Assembly: GCF_018350175.1 (NCBI RefSeq)
Contig: NC_058368.1
Span: forward strand, 139,626,001 to 139,690,000
Direction: 5' to 3'
DNA length: 64,000 nt
DNA from: Felis catus
Lineage: Eukaryota
Of the stretch, positions 26,791-40,971 are shown one piece after another. Below the pieces are notes generated by a model. The model did not search any database. It had not been told where the DNA came from and worked only from the letters and a program-made list of their open reading frames with translations. Numbering within the stretch: the first letter of the stretch is position 1; each line of letters begins with the position of its first letter. The position numbers and the translations under genes were made by a program.

Positions 26791-28997
26791 CAATATCCAG
26801 AGACTTTGCTTCTACTTCTTTCAAATGTATCCCTTTTTCTATTTTCCTATTGCTATTCCCTAGTTCTGGTCAATGAGTGACTCATTGGGATAAATTCTCC
26901 AGCTTTCTAACTACTTTCAAGTCTTGTTCCTCTTAAAATCCTTTCTAGTATAACCAGAGTAGTCCTTTAAAAATAGATATCTGATTCTTTACTTCCTGTT
27001 TTAAATCCCATTTGGCTTCCTATTTCCATAAGATCAAGTCCATACATTGCCTATAAGGCAATGTTAGAGGGAGAAATAGAATTACTCTAAACTACTATCA
27101 GTATCCATAAGCATTTACTGGCCATTATTTAAAATGTGTTACATCAGAATTGCTGTAATGGAGTCTTTTGTTCTAGCATATCTTTGTCGTAAGGAGATAT
27201 CACCCGTTTTGAAATAGTGGAACCTGAATTAATAGACAAGGAAATAAGTGTGCTTCACAATGAAAAAATCTTTAATAATACTTTATAGTATTTATATTAT
27301 ATCATAAGTGCTTGATAAATGTTAACTAATATATTTCTTCTTCACCCCCCTCACACAGGAAGGATATTCCTTTATATCTCTACTCCAAAAACACGTAACA
27401 GGGGAGAATAAATAAATAAATAAAGAAGCTAGCAGCAGATGTAACAAACTTATCAATACTACTCTTTAACTTTCTTATTTTATAGTTTGCCCTAGAAAAA
27501 AGGGTCATTGCATATCTTCTTTCAGAAGGAAGTTCCAAAGGCACAGGATAAAGAAGTCATAATTCTATATTTTTTTCCTCTAAGTGCAAAGAGATGACAG
27601 TGGCAAAATGACTTTTTGAAGCTCCCTTAAATGTCCCAGTAAGAGAAAAAAGCAGATTTTCAATGTTTAGTAAGTATTTGCAGGTTTACTGAAATGTTAA
27701 GAGTATAGTTAGCCAAGGAAACTGAACCATAAATTCTCTGCAAAGATCCTGAAAGAAATACATTCACATAAAACAATGGTAAGCAAATGAATGTTCTTTA
27801 TTATTCTGAAACTTTGGCCTCAAACCTAAATTTTCTAAAGAAGGTACGCATTCCTTTCTTAGGGGTTAAGGGAGAAATCTAGATCTGTATCAAACACGAA
27901 AAAATACACATAACTTATTCCTGGGTGGAGGAAAAGCAACAAAACAGTATATTATCATTTAAGTACAAATATAAGTCTGTACATGCAAAGGAAGTATCTA
28001 AAGAATGAATAGTGGTCATTTCTAAATGGCCTAAATATTCATTTTCTTTTTTGTAGTTTTCAGTATTGTCCATATTGTTTGAAGTATTTATAGTAATCAA
28101 GTATCACTTCTACAAAAATAAACACAAAAAATAAAGTCACAGAACACATTTTTAATGTATCTCATTTAAAAAGGGTCAAAAAACTAATAATACTGGTAAA
28201 GTTGCAGTGAAATGAATACCCACGAATTCTACACATGGAATGTACATTAGTGCAATCCGTTCTGAAAGCACTTTTGACAACAGATATCAAAAGTGCTCAT
28301 ATCCTTAAACCTAGCAATTCTACCTCTCAGAAACTATTATAAAAACACAACTAACCTGCAGAAAAATGCTTTATGTAGGAAGGCAGTAAATACTAAATGC
28401 AAAAACCAAAAAAATCTAGAGGCTTAATAATATGAAATATATACTAAAATTACAGTACATTAAAACACTAACAAAGCTATATTGTAAGAAGAAAATTGTA
28501 CTAGATGGAAAGGAAAACAGGATAGAAACTTTATCTCCATAAGGCTTTGGTGAGGGCATGGGATGTAAACATAGAAGGTAGTTTTGTATTTTTTTTCCTT
28601 ATAATGATTAAGTATTACTTTTAAAAACCAGAGTGGGACAATAAAATCTAATCAACAGAACTATTCTCAGGAATGATTTTTAAAGACTTGAATTAAATGA
28701 TGACAGTACATAATTGCTCCTTTATCCCTCTACAGACCAAAGGGATGCGTCTGAAAAGAAAAAGGGACTAGAAAATGAACAGTGATAAAAGCATTCCTAC
28801 CAATGATCATACCTGGTCTGTCAAGGACATGGACGTTCTGTGACTAAACACTGACAAAAATGTTTTCAGCTAGGATATTCATTTACTTTGCTACCTATTC
28901 TTATTGTTTCTAACCCAAAGCTATACTTCATCCTTCAATTCCAAACCAACCCAGAATATTTACCAGACAATAAAGACGACAACATAAGCAAATCTTT

Positions 28998-29224
28998 TTT
29001 TTTTTAATTTTTTTTTCCCAACGTTTTTTATTTATTGTTGGGACAGAGAGAGACAGAGCATGAACGGGGGAGGGGCAGAGAGAGAGGGAGACACAGAATC
29101 GGAAACAGGCTCCAGGCTCCGAGCCATCAGCCCAGAGCCTGACGCGGGGCTGGAACTCACGGACCGCGAGATCGTGACCTGGCTGAAGTCGGACGCTTAA
29201 CTGACTGCACCACCCAGGCGCCCC
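28998..29224 (-). mobile_element. Young SINEC_Fc-type SINE
   Basis: CpG-rich, near identical to copies at 34120 and 57930; TSD GCAAATCTTTTTTT. Confidence 0.95.
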
Positions 29225-30630
29225 ATGCAAATCTTTTTTTAGGCTATTAGCTAAAAGGATTTATTTAATGAAAAGAGCAGTTTTGTGTTCTTTGATTTTT
29301 TAAGAAATATTTTCTCCCAGATAATGTCCAATATATTCAGCAAGTAAAATCAGAGAAGTTTTCACTGATGTCAATATGCGTGAGCCATGCCACCCACTAC
29401 TACTTTTCTACATCAAACACAGAAAGAACAGAATCCAATCTGTCTTGGTAACTGTCAGAAATCTTCCCTCCTGATTAAATAAAAATTCAAATATAATATT
29501 GAAACACTGTAAAAAATAACTTTTGTAGCATAAAGTCTCATTTTAATATTTTCTACAGTAATGATATAGAAGTTACTGAACTCTATATTAACTGACTCCT
29601 TTAGTCTTTCTTATCTAAAGAAACATTTTCAAAGCAAATTAGAGACTAATAAAGGATAGAAGAAAAAGCTGAAAAGTTAATAGTATTTATGTAAATTGTT
29701 AGTAGTAAGTATGCGGCAAGCATTATAAAAACTTGCAAATTTGGTAAATGCCATACAAAATTATAGATTACAGTTTCAGAATATTATGTGTGTATAACTG
29801 CCAATCAATCCCACCCTACCCAGAGCACATGTAAATATGCAATTAATTATAAATGGACCAAGAGTGGCCAGTTCCTAGAAACCTAGAGTGAAGAGGCAAT
29901 CAGGTTTATTTAAGATATTTACTTTGAGGAATGTCAAGAGATTCGGGCAGTTAGGAGTAGGAGCTGAAGCCAAAAAGAAGCCAAACAGGAAAAGGTCATG
30001 ACAAACCAACAAAAAGAAACTAAGAGTAGGATGGGAGAACAAAAGTTATGAATAAACAGGAACTATGAAAGAGGGAGAAGAACAGACTGAAACTAAGCTA
30101 CATTAACTATAGGTGGGGAACAGGTGATGGGACAGTAACAGTTTTGTGAATAAGAGCACTCAGAGTTAAGTATACAGATCCAATTTTCTTTGTAGGCAGG
30201 GCATTCTAATTTTTCTTGGTTCATGGCAATATTCTCATTTCTCAAGGTTAACATGAGTTGACCTTACTTCCTGTAACTTAAAAAGCTTAATTAAAATGAA
30301 TGGACGTGTGGTCAATACCTATGGGATCTTTTCAAATTTTCAATATTTATCTGATCTGGACAACTATGTTCAGATTTAGCAGATGTTACAAAAGTCTCCC
30401 AAAGTGTCTGCACCAATTTGCACCTGTTACTCTACATCCTCACCAACACTTAGTATTAAGTCCTTTTTTCTTTTTATTTATTTATTATTATTATTGTTGT
30501 TGTTTAAGGTCACCCTGCCTGGCGGATGTGCATTTCCCTGATAACTAATGGCATAGAGGACCTTTTCACATGTTTATTATCCATTTGAATATCCTGTTTT
30601 ATGAAATGCCAGTTCCAGTCTTTTGGATAT

Positions 30631-30660
30631 TATTTTTTAAGTTTACTTATTTTGAGAGAG

Positions 30661-30712
<52 letters not shown>

Positions 30713-30860
30713 CACAAGCAGGGAAGGGGCAGAGATAGAAAAGCTCAAGCAGGTTCTGCACAGAAACCAATGCAGGGTTGAATCTATGAATTGTTGAGAT
30801 CAGGACCTGAGCTGAAATCAAGAGTCAGATGCTTCACTGACTGAGCCACCCAGGTGCCCC
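30631..30860 (-). mobile_element. Can-SINE with (GA)n
   Basis: Full element. Confidence 0.9.
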
Positions 30861-31027
30861 AACTATTTTTGTTAAATTGAACTGTAAACTCTTCTTACTG
30901 ATTTGCAGGGCTCTCCTTGTCTTTTTGACATAAATGTTGTCAAGCTAGATCTCAACTAGCTACACAGTTAATGTGATTAGCTGCCTAAATATCTTCTTTT
31001 TTCCCTGATGTAAAATCCTCTGATTCC

Positions 31028-31078
31028 TCTAGGTAAAATATACCATCTAGGTAAAATATACATCTAGGTAAAATATAC
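31028..31078. repeat. Three tandem copies of TCTAGGTAAAATATAC
   Basis: Direct reading, 17-18 bp period. Confidence 0.9.
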
Positions 31079-31515
31079 ACCTTCCACAATTAAAAGAGCA
31101 TGGCTAAAAATTCTAAGCTAATGACATTCCCTCTTTTCTGTATGATATACTTTACTGAATATTTAGAAATCAATATTTAGAATTCCATCATATGGAAATG
31201 CAAACTGCAAATGGCAGCTCAGGTGAATTAAGCTTTCAAAAATTCTAGGTAACAAAACCTTACAAAGTTATTTTGAAAGCCCTTGGCAATTAAGTTATTT
31301 TTTATTCCAGAACACTAAGAATATTTAAGAGGGTTGGTAGTTTGTTTTCCTTGATTTCACCTCAAACCTCAAAAGTGCTGGCTGGTAGTATCTACATTTA
31401 GGTGTTAAAAAAATTATTAACCATGTATGGATTATCACTGCAAGCAATTTACCGATTAACTCACTGGTAGGAACTGACCAAAGTCTTGACCTTAATCCAG
31501 AGACATAAGGAACTT

Positions 31516-31735
31516 TTTTTTTTAATTTTTTAAGTTTATTTATTCATTTTGACAGAGAACAGAGCTCATGAGTGGGGGAGGGGCAGAGAGAGGGAGAGAG
31601 AATGAATCCCCAAGCAGCCTTTGTGTACAGCCAGCACAGAGACCGATGTGGGGCTTGAACTCACAAACTGTGAGATCATGACCTGAGCCAAAGTCAAGAG
31701 CCGACGCTTAACTGACTGAGCCATCCAGGCGTCCC
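31516..31735 (-). mobile_element. Can-SINE
   Basis: 14-bp TSD GACATAAGGAACTT. Confidence 0.92.
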
Positions 31736-32014
31736 GACATAAGGAACTTCCTCTGCTAGTTCTTTGTAGTTCAGTTGTGATCCCAACCACTTGGGTTTTT
31801 CTACAGCTTATACGAGAAAATGACAGACCTTTGACTACTTCAGCAGCTGCTAAATTTGCACTTCTCTCAAAAATTAAAACTTCTGAATGTTAAGAGAAAA
31901 GTAAAATTTGATTCCATCTTATTCCCTCCATCACTATGGTATGATGCAAACAGGTAAATGGAGAACTAGTAATCCACCAATCTCATGAAATTACTTATAT
32001 AAAGAATACACCAA

Positions 32015-32130
32015 GGGTGCGTGACTGGCTCATTCAGAAAAGTGTCCAACTCTTCACCTTGGGGTCATGAGTTCAAGCCCCATGTTGGGTGTAGAGATTA
32101 CTTAAATAAATAAAAACAAAACAAAACCAA
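32015..32130 (+). mobile_element. Short Can-SINE
   Basis: GAGTTCAAGCCCCATGTTGGGTGTAGAGATTACTTAAATAAA. Confidence 0.85.
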
Positions 32131-34119
32131 AAATAGTCGTTAAAAAGTTACATTTGCACTCTTAAGCCTTTGCCAAGTAGATCAGATTAAAAATGCAAAG
32201 CTAGGTTTATATGATAATCATTTATAAAGCAGACAACTATAGAATCTCCAGTATCTGTTAAGAACTTTTACCACTATTATAGTTCATTAAATATGGCAGA
32301 GATAGTATGACTTTACATGACCTTGGCATTTAAGAAGTGCTAAGAACAGGTGTATTCTGTCATCTAGCTATTTTTAAATAGTTTCCTAATAAGCGTATGT
32401 CAAATTTAAGACAAAAGAAAGTAAAATTTCAAATAAGCAGAAACTGCTCCTAAAGATAGAGAAAAAGCACCAAAATCAAGCTGACCATGAGACCGTACAT
32501 GAAAAATTATTTAATTATGCCAAATAGCAACACAGTTTCTAAGAGATCTTCAAAGGGAGTCTTGGGTATCATTTAGGTGGCTCAACCATGAGCACATTTT
32601 GGTAAGAAACTTTTTTCATACTCCATCTCATTTCAAGTAAAATGTGTAAGTTCTTTTCAAAAATTGTCTTCCATCTAATTTCCTCGGAAATCCCTAAACT
32701 TCTCAGACTAAGAATAAGCCTTTCTTCTGAAAGTATTCAACAGAACTTCAGATATGAATTAGTGGGCCTTCACAAAAGCATAGGAATAAATCAGCAAACA
32801 TTAAATTATGGAACTGCCTACATGCAGATTCCCACTACAGAAAATGAACATCTGTATAATCATTACCATTTGGATTCTTCCTGCTTAACTATGTATCTTC
32901 CTACGACTCCTCATGTTTTGGATAATTTCCAAAATGTGGGAAAAGTCTGTGTGGCCCCTGATCACCAACATTTCAGATCTACTAAGGTTTTTCCCTTATG
33001 GAAATAAAGGAATGTCATGGCTACCACAAACAAACTCTATCTGAGCCAAAAAGCGTAACTTTTTCAATATGATTCTTAAATCTGCTAGTGCCAGGGGAGC
33101 CTTCCTACTAGTTTTTTTGAGGTGTGGGGTGGTATGGTGGGGCAGTATACTCATTTCACAGTAAGAAACTGTTTAGTTAAAATCATATTTATTGCAATTG
33201 TAGAAGATCCTAGGAATAATCCTATGACTCTTTTAGATAATACCATCAACAGACAGCTTATCACATTTCTTTGAGAAGCTAATTATGCAGAAAATGTTCA
33301 CAGAGGCCCTTTGATAATAGACCATCCATATTAGAAAAATGTTTAATCCAAATAAAAATAACACCTTATCTTTACCTTCATACAGCTTTTAGTCTTCAAA
33401 TAATTTTCATGAACACCATCTCACTTGACCTCAAGACAGTATGAGAGATGGCCAAGAGATTAAAAAATTACAAAAAAACTTTGTCTTTAAAAATCATTTT
33501 ATTTAGTAGTGTCTCAAATCTTACGAAGAAATGCAGAATATGAATGGACTCCACACAATACTGCACACTATTGCATAATACTCCACACTATTGCAAAATA
33601 AAATTACTGGTCTGGTATACGTATGCCCCTTGGTATACTTTAAACCGAAGTAGATTCTTCAAATATAAGAATGAACTCAGGAATATCTTTCTTCCACAGG
33701 GGCTACTGTCTAATGTCACACCGAATTATGCAACTAACTTCCAATATAATGAGAGCATTTAAATCACAGAATCATCTTTCTTAAACTTTTCTTCTAGTAA
33801 GCAAGTTATTCTGAAATGAATACCAAGGAGAACAAAACAATAGCGGAGAATATAGAACGTAATGGATTTCTATTCTAAGATCAATCATGAAGAATGAAAG
33901 AAAAACAACTTCAAAAATTCCAAATTTTCCCCACAAAATTTGTTTTACAATACTGTAAATTGTTTCAACTGGAAAATTTATGTGCTCAATGCTTTGCTGA
34001 TTCCTACAAAGTTGTGTATTTGAGTCTTTAGGGGAGCTTATGGTCTAAAATACACACAAGAGATATGAAGAACATATAAAAACTATGGGAATACTGTGAT
34101 TCAAGAAGCCCAATGATTT

Positions 34120-34332
34120 TTTTTTTTTTCAACGTTTATTTATTTTTGGGACAGAGAGAGACAGAGCATGAACGGGGGAGGGGCAGAGAGAGAGGGAGAC
34201 ACAGAATCAGAAACAGGCTCCAGGCTTTGAGCCATCAGCCCTGAGCCTGACGCGGGGCTCGAACTCACGGACCGCGAGATCGTGACCTGGCTGAAGTCGG
34301 ATGCTTAACCGACTGCGCCACCCAGGCACCCC
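34120..34332 (-). mobile_element. Young SINEC_Fc-type SINE
   Basis: 17-bp TSD AAGAAGCCCAATGATTT (34103-34119, 34333-34349). Confidence 0.95.
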
Positions 34333-34399
34333 AAGAAGCCCAATGATTTAAGTCAACAAAATATATTCTACATAAATACATATTTATAAGGATGGCAGA

Positions 34400-34632
34400 T
34401 GTGCTTGTTGGCTAAAAAACTGGTGCTCAGGTCAGATAGACCTGGACCTGAAAGCTGTGGCTCCTTCACTGATTAGCAATTTGACCTTGGACAAGTTACT
34501 TAATTTGTTTCAATTTCTTAATCTATAAAAGTAGGATAAGAATCTTACAAGACTATGAGAGTAAAATGAGATAACGTGTATAATGTTTATCACCATATCT
34601 GACACACATTAATCCTCAAAACTGTTAGCTAT
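34400..34632 (+). mobile_element. MIR
   Basis: TGACCTTGGACAAGTTACTTAA...AAATGAGATAACGTGTA. Confidence 0.7.
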
Positions 34633-34672
34633 CACCACCACATTGCTGAAGAAGTCCTGTAAGAATTTTTGG

Positions 34673-34685
34673 TGTATGTGAGCGT

Positions 34686-34720
<35 letters not shown>

Positions 34721-34728
34721 CGTGTGTG
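34673..34728. repeat. (TG)n microsatellite
   Basis: Direct reading. Confidence 0.9.
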
Positions 34729-36002
34729 AAATGGACTGATACACAGTTATTATAAAGAGTAAAAGGGCTACCTGGGAAGGAAGGAACAGAAACCTTTAAT
34801 ATCTTCCAGATATTAAAAATTACTAAAGCCTGTCAGGAAAGCCCTAACAGAGAGAGGCCCAATAGCAAGAAAAGGCAATGAAGGGCCATCTGATGACATC
34901 AGAAGAGAAAAAGGCCCACTCTTCCAAGTGTTCTGTGTCCTCACAAGGGCAGGTGGTGAAATGAGGAATTAACTGTAAATTGAACTGAATGAGCTGGAAT
35001 GATGGGAATTTATCAATTCTGAAGTACTCTTGGTTTATCATGACTAGGCTACTTTGCTTGCTTGATCATTTTGTTTTGTTTTTGTGCGGGTGGGGAGGGT
35101 GATGTGAGGGGGAAGGGATATATACAACATACTGTCATCCTTCCTCCACTAAGTAACTTGTCAAGGTCACACAGTTATTATATAGTATAAGCAGTAGTGC
35201 CAAGATTCAATCCCATATCTGTCAGACCCCAGAATCCACTGCTCAAACAGTAACCAAATAATACAATGCTCTTTTTGAGAGCCCCTGGGCAGAAAGATGA
35301 ATTCGTATTTGTCTTGCATATATATGGCAGTAGAACTCAAATGATAAACGGATCTAATCTGCAGGAGGTGAGCTTATGGGAATGATTTCCAAATACTCAG
35401 TCTACCAATGGAACTGAGTGAAAGCAGAAATCAACATAAAATTGAATCCTAAGCATCCAAGAACTAAAAGGTAGTAGAGTCTCATGCAAGTTACTTAAAT
35501 TTAATCTAAACCTCCATCTTCTCTACTGTAACACAACACTTCCCTCACCTATCAGACGAGCAGGGAGAATATAAAGCACATGAGTACATAATGCAATCAT
35601 TAATACTCGGGTGATCCTCAATAAATAGTAGCTCCTATCATCATCAACATGCTTTAACAATTTGATATTAATTTTGAGTATCAATATAACAATGCATGCT
35701 AAAATAGTAAAATTACTAAATTTAGGTTCCAATATGTAATATTCTTTAGTAATACTGAAGAATGAATTAGGAAATATATCCTCACTACCTCCCTGTTTCT
35801 GGTCTACAGAAAAAAACAACAAGAAACCAAAAAAAATTTGCTGTTATGTTTGGAGATACCATTTGAATTTTTTCCCTCCTATTAGTTTACTAACTCAAAC
35901 AATTTATTTTTGGAATTCATATTCAATTTAAATTTTCATTGATATGTTGCTTAGTTGGCATATATCACATATTTTATATTAAAAAATTATATATATATAT
36001 AT

Positions 36003-36006
36003 TTGC

Positions 36007-36067
<61 letters not shown>

Positions 36068-36245
36068 GAGAAAGAGCACGAGCATGGGAGGGGCAAAGGG
36101 AGAGGGAGAGAAAGGATCTTAAGCAGGCACCACACCCAGTGTGGAGCCAGACAGGGTCTTGATCTCACGACCCTGACTGAGGTCAGGACCTGAGCTGAAA
36201 TCAAGGGTAGGACGATGCTTAATCGACTGAGCCATCAGGCTCCCC
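36003..36245 (-). mobile_element. Can-SINE with (TTTA)n tail
   Basis: Full element. Confidence 0.9.
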
Positions 36246-37170
36246 TACACTTAAATAATTATTAATAAAAATTATAATTAACAATGATTTCTCCTTGTCT
36301 ATGAATAAACTATTTTTAGAAATCAGGAAGAAAAAGTCTGCATAATGTATCTGAAATCTTGCTGCTGAATCTTTTTTCTAAAAACTTAAAGTTCACCAAA
36401 AATCTGTTATCTCAGCTTAAGTCACACTGCACTAATAAAACTCAGATTAAACCTATCCATTGTTCAATGATGCAAAGAAATCAATGATACGGAAGAAATA
36501 TATGCTTTATGCATCCTTCTTCACTTGTGGAGAAAATACAAAATGGGAACCTGCAAAGAATTCAGGTTCAGCTTTACTAAGAAAAACAAGCAAAATAAGA
36601 TATGCTTAAAACAGAAAACAAAAATCCCTATAATCAACTAATCAGTTAATCAACTGATTAAGCTTTTAAAAGTCATCTCAGTTAAAAATATAGAAATTAG
36701 TTCTACTAAATGATATCTTTAATCATTAGTAAAAGGGTTGGCCCTGATTAAATACACAAACCACGCTACTCTCTTTATGTGCATACACATTTAGCAACTC
36801 TCACTGAATGTAGAATACTTCAGTCAAAAACAACAGGTATAATTTAGTAAATTTAGTTGTCACTCTATAAAGCCCTTTCTTTTTTACTGTCATAAATGAG
36901 AAAATATATCAGCCACTCTGGTAAGTAATCTTACATATATTATCTCATGTATTACTTATACACACCAAGAAGAGGTAAATTATCATGCCAAAAGTCACAT
37001 AAGTCATATACAGCACAGGATGTAGTGTTTGAATCGAGGTCAGCCTGGATTCAAAGCATTCAGATTCTGGGATTTTAGCTCACCTCTTTTTTATATAATA
37101 GAAAACTATTAGCCATTTTTTCAATTTTTAGACTCTTTTCTGAATAATATAATAACCAACATTCACACGA

Positions 37171-37516
37171 TTTTAAGATTTTATTTTATTTTTTTACATT
37201 TATTTATTTTTGAGAGACAGAGAGAGACAGAGAGAGACAGAGTAGGAGGCAGGGAGGGGCAGAGGGAGAGAAAGAGACATAGAATCCGAAGCAGGTTCCA
37301 GGCTCTGAGCTGTCAGCACAGAGCCTGACACGGAGCTGGAATTCACAAATGGTGAGATCATGACCTCCGCAGAAGTCAGATGCCCAACTGACTGAGCCAC
37401 CCAGGTGACCCTAAGATTTTATTTTGAAATGATCTCTACACATAACTTGGGGCTTGCACTCACAACTTCGAGATCAAGAGTAGCAGATTCTTTGGACTGA
37501 CCCAGCCAGGCACCCC
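37171..37516 (-). mobile_element. Can-SINE (about 37188-37411) nested in the tail of an older short Can-SINE
   Basis: TSD TAAGATTTTATTTT at 37174-37187 and 37412-37425. Confidence 0.88.
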
Positions 37517-38284
37517 AACACACAAAATTTTAAACCAGTTTTCAACTAAAGCTAAAACAGAGAGGAAAGAAATGGGCATTACAGCCAATTTTCTTTATGC
37601 CAGGAAAAATTTTAATCAATAATCAAGAAATAAAAGCTAATGCATGATTCATACCAAAAAGAATGCCTGTCATACCTCAAATCAGACAGGTTCTTCTTGT
37701 TTATGTGTGTGTGCATGTTGTATGTGTGCATGTTTTGCATCTGTTAAGTGACCAAAACAGGTGTTTCAACTACAACTCTGTGAAACTCAAATAAACAAGT
37801 ACAGACAAGTATGCAAAGCACAAAGTTCTCTTAAGTCACACTCAGGAATAGCATCGTGAATTTATACCTTTCCCTATTCCTTGTTTTATCATAATATACT
37901 GAATTCACTAATGCTGCCGATTAATATCTACTTAGTCTACTTACCAATTATTATTCACAGCTTTAAATTACAATGTGGCTTATACATTTACATAAGAAAG
38001 GCTTTCTAAAGGTTTATTATTAGATGGCTTCTTATTTACAAAAATTAAGTGATTTACAAATATTTACACTATGAATTTACCCAAACAGCTATAGAGGACT
38101 GCAAAAATTAACATGTAAGTTTCTAAATATTAGGGTTTTATACCCAATATTATTTCAAAAGTCCTTTTATCCAGATCATAAAAGAGGCATTAACTATGAA
38201 GCAAATCCTAAGTATAAAAATCAAGAATATGTTTTATTTTTAAAAAGGCATATTTTTTTAATTAACAATTAAACACATTTGTTG

Positions 38285-38367
38285 GGGTGCCTCTCAACTT
38301 GCTAGATGGGGTGCTACCCGACTCATGTATTGTTTAACAAAGTCAATTAGATCTTCAAAAAATAAGT
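38285..38367 (+). mobile_element. Short polyadenylated LTR R-region fragment
   Basis: GCTAGATGGGGTGCTACCCGACTCATG...AACAAAGTCAATTAGATCTTC plus A-rich tail; 14-bp flanking near-duplication. Confidence 0.55.
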
Positions 38368-38440
38368 AAAAATATTTGTTGTAGCAAATTGCTTCAGAAC
38401 AACTCAAGTGTTAGAAATAAAATTAGTTCAAAAATTTATA

Positions 38441-38640
38441 GGGACACCTGTAAGCGTCTGACTTCAGCTCAGGTCATGATCTCATGGTTTGTGAGTTCGA
38501 GTCCGGCATCGGGCTCTGTGCTGGCAGCTCAGAGCCTGGAGCCTGCTTCAGGTTCTGTGTCTCCGTCTCTCTCTGACCCTCTCCTGCTCACACACTTTCT
38601 CTCTCTCTCTCAAAAGTAAAAATTAAAAAATTAAAAAAAA
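38441..38640 (+). mobile_element. Can-SINE lacking the A-box segment
   Basis: GGGACACCTG joined directly to TAAGCGTCTGACTTC. Confidence 0.88.
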
Positions 38641-38756
38641 TTTACACCTGTACTGCTTTAATCTTTACCACTCAAATATTGTTCAACTTTTCAATAACAC
38701 GTTACATTTAAAAACTTTTTAAAAGAGTTACTACCAGTCTCTTGCTTAATCCTTCA

Positions 38757-38933
<177 letters not shown>

Positions 38934-40971
38934 TTATATTCTTAGAAGTGTTACACCCTATAGCAAAAATGAACATATACATTCCGGCTGTTCCAAGACG
39001 CCTGTTATTCTTTTGTTTCTACTCAAATAACTTTTTTTGAAGATGTCTCACATAAAGAGCACAACAAGAGCATAGTTACCAAAAACTAAGTTTCATTCAC
39101 TATTCTTATAAATGAGTTGACACGTAAATATATTTAAAAAAAGAACGGAGCTAATATTTTCATCAACTGCTTCCAATTAGCTTAACTAGTGGGAATGCCA
39201 CCAAAAGCACACACACAAAACAGGCCAAGTTTTAGGGATGATATTTACTACTTTTTCCCCTGCTCTATCATTCAAAAGTAAATGCTCATCATGAATAGTT
39301 GTATTTCATTCAATGTGATAAAATATTTTCACATTCTGTGACAAAATAATGTTAACATTTGCCCTCAAATATTTCAAATTAACTTCTAGCTTTTTAAATA
39401 TCTTTGATAGTAACAGCCAGGAGAGTTTTGAATGAAAAGAAAAATAAAATAAATATTACATCAGACCTCTATTAGATAGAGGAGATTGTCTCTATCAAAA
39501 TGTAAACATCTCATAAAAATATCAATTATTTGGTTCAGTCTTTCACATTCTTTAAAATGAATATTTTATATCCTTGGCTTTTGTCCAGTAAATGAATTCA
39601 AATAAGACAGGACCCCATCACATATACCACCTCTTCTTTTACCAGAGTATTGAGAGTCAATCAATTTCTTCTCCTGTGAACAATTTTATCTATAGAGGGG
39701 AAAAAGTTCTCCCTGCCCAATGTAATAATCAACTTATTTGATAAACAGAATCTACATATTGTATTTCTAAGGTTTGTTTATTCTTTCCTCCCTTTAACAG
39801 TATCAATCTTTTATTACCTTATGTGTTTGTTTAGGAAAAACATTTGAACTCTACAATGTCCTTTAGATTATGAAACAGTTTCTCTTTTAAGATTAATACA
39901 ACAAATCATGGTTCTGACTAGCTAAAGGATATAAATTAAGTATTTTCTGAATCACTATATGCTAGACATCATAGTTCAGACTGTGGTGGGAGGTAGAATA
40001 TACTAGAAAGAAGAAAAAGAAAAAAACAAGACAATGCATACCCTGCTTCAGTAATTAAGAATACAGAAACACATAAAAAAAAATACTTAACAATCATAAA
40101 TACAATGATTACTAAAAATTTAATGAAATGCCAAACATTCAAGTCTTAAGAATGGAATTCAGTTCCTAAAAAAAGTTTCTTGGAGGAAGGGAAGAATACA
40201 CGCTATCTGAAGAACCAAGTAAATAATTTAACTGATTAGGTCTACTGTTCTAAATAGGCCAGAAGTTTTTAAACTTCCACTTCACAATCATTCTATTTCC
40301 AGCTACCATTCCTCAAAATGTTTTAGTTTGTATTGGGCTTAACATCCTTAAAGCTTTAGAAAATAAGATCCTATTAGTTCAAAATTCACTAGTTTCTCCA
40401 TCAAATGGTTTTCCTCCCTCTTTGACATCTTCAGAACTTGCTTACAATCTTCCAATGAGTACAATGCCACAATTAAAATATTCCTGAAAAGAGAAACTCA
40501 CTGCTAGCCTTCCTCTGGATATGAGTGACTTAGTAAAATCTGAAGTCAGTGTTTAAGATTTGCCAAATTCCTAAATCTGCCAAAGTATACCAATTATGAT
40601 CTTGTCTCCCTCTTTCAAAGTTTAGAAATGCAGAAAAATGTCAAGCTTTTAATAGAGTTACAGAGAAATGGAATAAAATGATAATCTAGAAGGTGGAATT
40701 AAAGAATTTGAAAACTTACTATGAGATGCAGTATCTTGATACCTATACACAGAGGTGGTAGTTGACAGAAAATGTACAGTTAGCCAGTTCTACCATCAGC
40801 AATCTGACAGGCAGGTGGTAGAAAAGAGGGACGCACCAATTGTCAGATAATATATAGTCTGTGAACACAGAATTCCCAAAATGCAAAAAAGTGAGGGAAG
40901 CTACATCTATATAGTAAAGAAAATTACGAACTTCTTAAGAGAATGTGTTTAAGAGAATAAATTGAAGTCTA

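Noticed and set aside
31028..31078. CRISPR-like repeat
   Set aside because: Adjacent tandem copies without spacers in mammalian DNA; slippage duplication
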